Shown here piece by piece: positions 58,101 through 60,039 of a stretch of 60,039 nucleotides of DNA (the stretch's first letter is position 1; each line of letters opens with the position of its first letter). Made by a program: the position numbers and the translations under genes. The notes beneath the pieces are model-generated. The model was not told where the DNA came from. It made no database searches and saw only the letters and a program-made list of their open reading frames with translations. The DNA is from Halocafeteria seosinensis (taxonomy: Eukaryota), in assembly GCA_001687465.1 (NCBI GenBank), contig LVLI01000496.1, positions 1-60,039 on the forward strand. The letters run 5' to 3'.

Positions 58101-60039
58101 GGAGGAAGTTCATAGAGCCACGAGGCGGCTTCTCTAGGTCCCCAACGCTGTAAGAACCAATGCGAACGTTGCCACCTGCTGCTAGTCTCCCCTCCACATC
58201 TGAACCAGTAGGGCCTGTCCAGTCAGAACTGACGTAGGCCAAAAAATTCGAGAGTATTGGGTGTGTGAATCCTCCGCATGCGGAATATGGAGAGCATATA
58301 TTGCACCTCGCTCCACACCATCCTGGGGGACAAACGCAGTATCCCCCTTTGCTACAAGTGCCTCCATTAAGACAAGGTCGGGAGGGTCCGCAACGGCAAA
58401 CCGCGTACTGTTGAGAGAACAGCAAACGAGAGTCAGATTGCAAAATGAGCTCAAGGCGAACTCTTTTCCGAGGAGGAACGAAGGGACACACTCCCGCAGG
58501 ATCATGATCCGGAAACTCATACAGGTTATCCTCGTCAGTGCCATAAAGCTTTTCCTCAATGCTTTCAGGAATTCGACAGAAGCCAGTCCAGTCATCGGAC
58601 ACAACAAAGCTAAAGTTTGCCACCATGGCTCCTTGAACATCGTACAGGACGCATAAGTAATCATCAAACACCGCTTGGGAGTAGCAATGATCGACACTAA
58701 GGCGGTTTACTCGAACAGAGCTTGCAATATTTCTACCAGTGAGCTCCACTGACGACCCCGCCAACAGCTTCCCCTCACTTGGATTTGCATCTTCGATGAG
58801 GGGTTGTGACTCTGTCCAGCCTCTAGAGCAATCCGTACCCGAAAACGATGGGTAACAGACACAGCCTTTGCACGTACACACACCTTGGTCTGAGCACAAA
58901 GCCGGACAAAAGTGGAGATTTCCTAAAGTTTTCTCTAACGGGCATTCTAATTCTGCGCAGTTAGAAGATGATGGAGAGAATGACGGTGTCGGAGTAACAG
59001 TCACAGTGACTGTGGCTGTCACTGTTTCTGCAGGAGACTCGGCTACAGCAAATGTCGGCGAACCGCCGGGAGATGTCTCCTTAATTGTAGCTGAGGGCGT
59101 GAACAATGTAGGCAAACTTACAATGGGGGAAACTGATGAGGTACTGGAAGAAGTAACCGTAGAAGTCACTGTCACTGTGACACGCGGTACACGTGTTGCT
59201 CGAAAGGTGGGGGACCCCAGGGGCATTCCCGTAGTCGCCGCGGGGCCAGTTACTGTGTGAGTGGCCGTGTTGGAAGGTGTCATCGTTACACTTGCACTGG
59301 CAGAATTGCTGCTGGATGGACTTCTCGACGATGTTGGAGTCATCGTGACTGTTACAGTGGAAGTGACAGTAGACGTGACTGTCTCAGCCGGAGATATTGT
59401 GCTTGTCGGTGTGCCCGTTTGGGAAGCCGTCCCACTCCTTGTAGCTGTTGCAGATGCAGTTTGGGATGACGTTGGCGTGACGGTTACCGTTCCGGTCGAG
59501 GTGGCCGATCCAGACACCGAGCTTGTAGGCGTCCCTGTCATCGTTACAGTCGAGGTTACCGTAGACGTTACAGTGACAGTAACTCGAGCCGTATGACTGG
59601 ACGTCGGCGTCGGCGTTAACGATGATGAGGCTGTCGATGTGCCAGTTTTTGAAGGCGTGCCAGTTGCCGTTTCCGACGCAGTATTTGAAGGCGTACGAGT
59701 GATTGTCTGACTCGCAGTATTACTACTTGTTGGAGTTTCAGTGTTGGATGGGGTGCCTGTATTCGACGGCGTCCTGGTAACGGTATTTGTTGCAGTCTCA
59801 CTCGCTGTCACAGAGCTAGTAGGAGTTTCAGTATTGGACGCCGTTCCCGTCATAGTCTGACTCGCCGTATTCGACGGCGTTCGAGTGCCTGTCTGACTCG
59901 CAGTATTACTACTTGTTGGAGTTTCAGTGTTGGACGGGGTGCCTGTATTCGACGGAGTCCTGGTAACTGTATTTGTTGCAGTCTCACTCGCTGTCACAGA
60001 GCTCGTCGGAGTTTCAGTATTGGACGCCGTTCCCGTCCT
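55129..60039 (-). CDS. Large type-I cell-surface protein (5' end beyond the window): Thr/Ser repeats, EGF repeats, choice-of-anchor-A-like domain, more EGF repeats, TM helix, cytoplasmic tail
   Basis: More than 1600 open codons. Many C.C..GW.G..C EGF units. SDVEGRLAAGGN...IIWNFP.A...GTLLAP.A...GQ..GQV.A..F motif set. TM helix AGAIVGIVIGGIAFLGVV followed by basic residues. Confidence 0.9.
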   Translation of the reverse strand, partial: RTGTASNTETPTSSVTASETATNTVTRTPSNTGTPSNTETPTSSNTASQTGTRTPSNTASQTMTGTASNTETPTSSVTASETATNTVTRTPSNTGTPSNTETPTSSNTASQTITRTPSNTASETATGTPSKTGTSTASSSLTPTPTSSHTARVTVTVTSTVTSTVTMTGTPTSSVSGSATSTGTVTVTPTSSQTASATATRSGTASQTGTPTSTISPAETVTSTVTSTVTVTMTPTSSRSPSSSNSASASVTMTPSNTATHTVTGPAATTGMPLGSPTFRATRVPRVTVTVTSTVTSSSTSSVSPIVSLPTLFTPSATIKETSPGGSPTFAVAESPAETVTATVTVTVTPTPSFSPSSSNCAELECPLEKTLGNLHFCPALCSDQGVCTCKGCVCYPSFSGTDCSRGWTESQPLIEDANPSEGKLLAGSSVELTGRNIASSVRVNRLSVDHCYSQAVFDDYLCVLYDVQGAMVANFSFVVSDDWTGFCRIPESIEEKLYGTDEDNLYEFPDHDPAGVCPFVPPRKRVRLELILQSDSRLLFSQQYAVCRCGPSRPCLNGGTCSKGGYCVCPPGWCGARCNICSPYSACGGFTHPILSNFLAYVSSDWTGPTGSDVEGRLAAGGNVRIGSYSVGDLEKPPRGSMNFLLDGDKRTYRNDLAVGGTLNFTSGAVLGGGNAIANSVYRTQRASVELPGRFLETHRSEVLQEDFHGALTSLRQISRRLASLPRTGTTQMKWTQMKLKGTRSDVNIFHISLDDLLFAREIELDLTVLGSPIGLSPFERGDPDPFRGFIDHEAPWDPASTPTTIINVLWENAHTGYGDGEGDAHVARDAGVWPMPVVEARLASLGLTGHFYHENASFSIIWNFPFAKRINISFIEVRGTLLAPAAFVDFPSGQIRGQVLARSFSGNGQINLPLFRGACQPMFIQHLLELNGGELDIVWKGLSSVRFNGVEVGNNATGTEGITLHGNSSIPCDAHTNQSHYKRAEQLVGKYGAPIVPVCEPFGVLNRNLTCDCWDPTFRRGPQCGTVCRDYCSGRGMCNAQDTDVCDCFDPLRWTGKRCEISRCGTHGWVDEENPLNEEGEVQCNCLPGWSGEQCSQSLSCIHGKVVYSTCVCDAGWSGSDCSVPAPDVVHCTHGTIILENDDPPTYACQCFSGWSGSDCSVYEVVPAVDCFHGIRNDTSDTCSCLPFWAGSACDIFTCVHGIVTAVPSTGGILGSQALLEENVRQGDNFLSRLLPPEDSAIIPYSDNRNQILRDRDPLQVCKCVHNWFGPTCDRHCNATCNWRGTKCGNNGGFAGPEVLSECKCNPPWSGKQCTTERIPGPSLSQTSDDDRLAIAFDMEYSGSIDSQFANPSGRSRTLADGDIGRFSVRISMEAKTWRNTTILVDSGISDELDSKCIGLLEMFGRENSTLPLHIVRGCLPAEISLHSESEGFASVRIRMPSSLQDFVQNNADQFFYFALLPTSEGNSTNGTNSLPVGMPIIRRDNYDQDDGVLRMNVKVPETYILLLLQPPPATRSALISASQSSSRSQTGIISAGAIVGIVIGGIAFLGVVRLFFMGKLRKQSSFRQGSSRRHHASNLGNTRMFPEELSQDRDPNYSTRYLDSSVIVGDDGRQSWSQHGAVSNNDIEIDPTV
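59640..60039 (-). repeat. Coding tandem repeat, 186-bp (62-aa) period with TPSNT/TASQT sub-repeats
   Basis: gagtttcagtattggacgccgttcccgtc at 59823 and 60009. The repeat runs off the window end. Confidence 0.9.

Noticed and set aside
1..60039. Non-standard genetic code, non-canonical introns, tRNA/rRNA genes, CRISPR arrays or transposase/RT genes
   Set aside because: The ORF breaks I examined in conserved genes resolve with ordinary GT-AG introns under the standard code. I saw no cloverleaf, rRNA, repeat-spacer or transposase motifs.

Overview
Gene-dense nuclear DNA from a compact-genome, flagellated microbial eukaryote (a stramenopile-like protist is a guess only). It has about 27 protein-coding genes with mostly 50-80 nt GT-AG introns and very short convergent intergenic gaps. 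Recognisable genes: APC5, RPSA/uS2, a MORN/RSPH1-like protein, an ankyrin protein, SRR1, TMEM181, a UBL-WLM-PUB protease, WDR62/MAPKBP1, a Nudix protein, an amidase-family protein, an RPAP3-like TPR protein, an EamA transporter, DYNC2LI1, a DENND4-like GEF, malonyl-CoA decarboxylase, a Tim17-family protein, COPB1, DDX11/CHL1, a type-B carboxylesterase, PIGV, uridine phosphorylase and a p28 axonemal dynein light chain. Best leads: (1) a very large type-I membrane protein joining a bacterial-type choice-of-anchor-A domain to EGF repeats and a strictly alternating Thr/Ser repeat; (2) two over-long introns (COPB1 and upstream of RPSA) that each hold a long G-U-rich, sense-strand-specific hairpin with shared motifs; (3) a malonyl-CoA decarboxylase fused to a cNMP-binding-like domain; (4) an apparently catalytically dead amidase with acidic insertions; (5) a small protein with a TPX2-like Aurora-binding motif; (6) a tandemly duplicated orphan membrane gene whose broken copy keeps a conserved N-terminus; (7) GTAC-dense intergenic arrays. 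All calls are by eye from motifs. No searches or folding programs were run.
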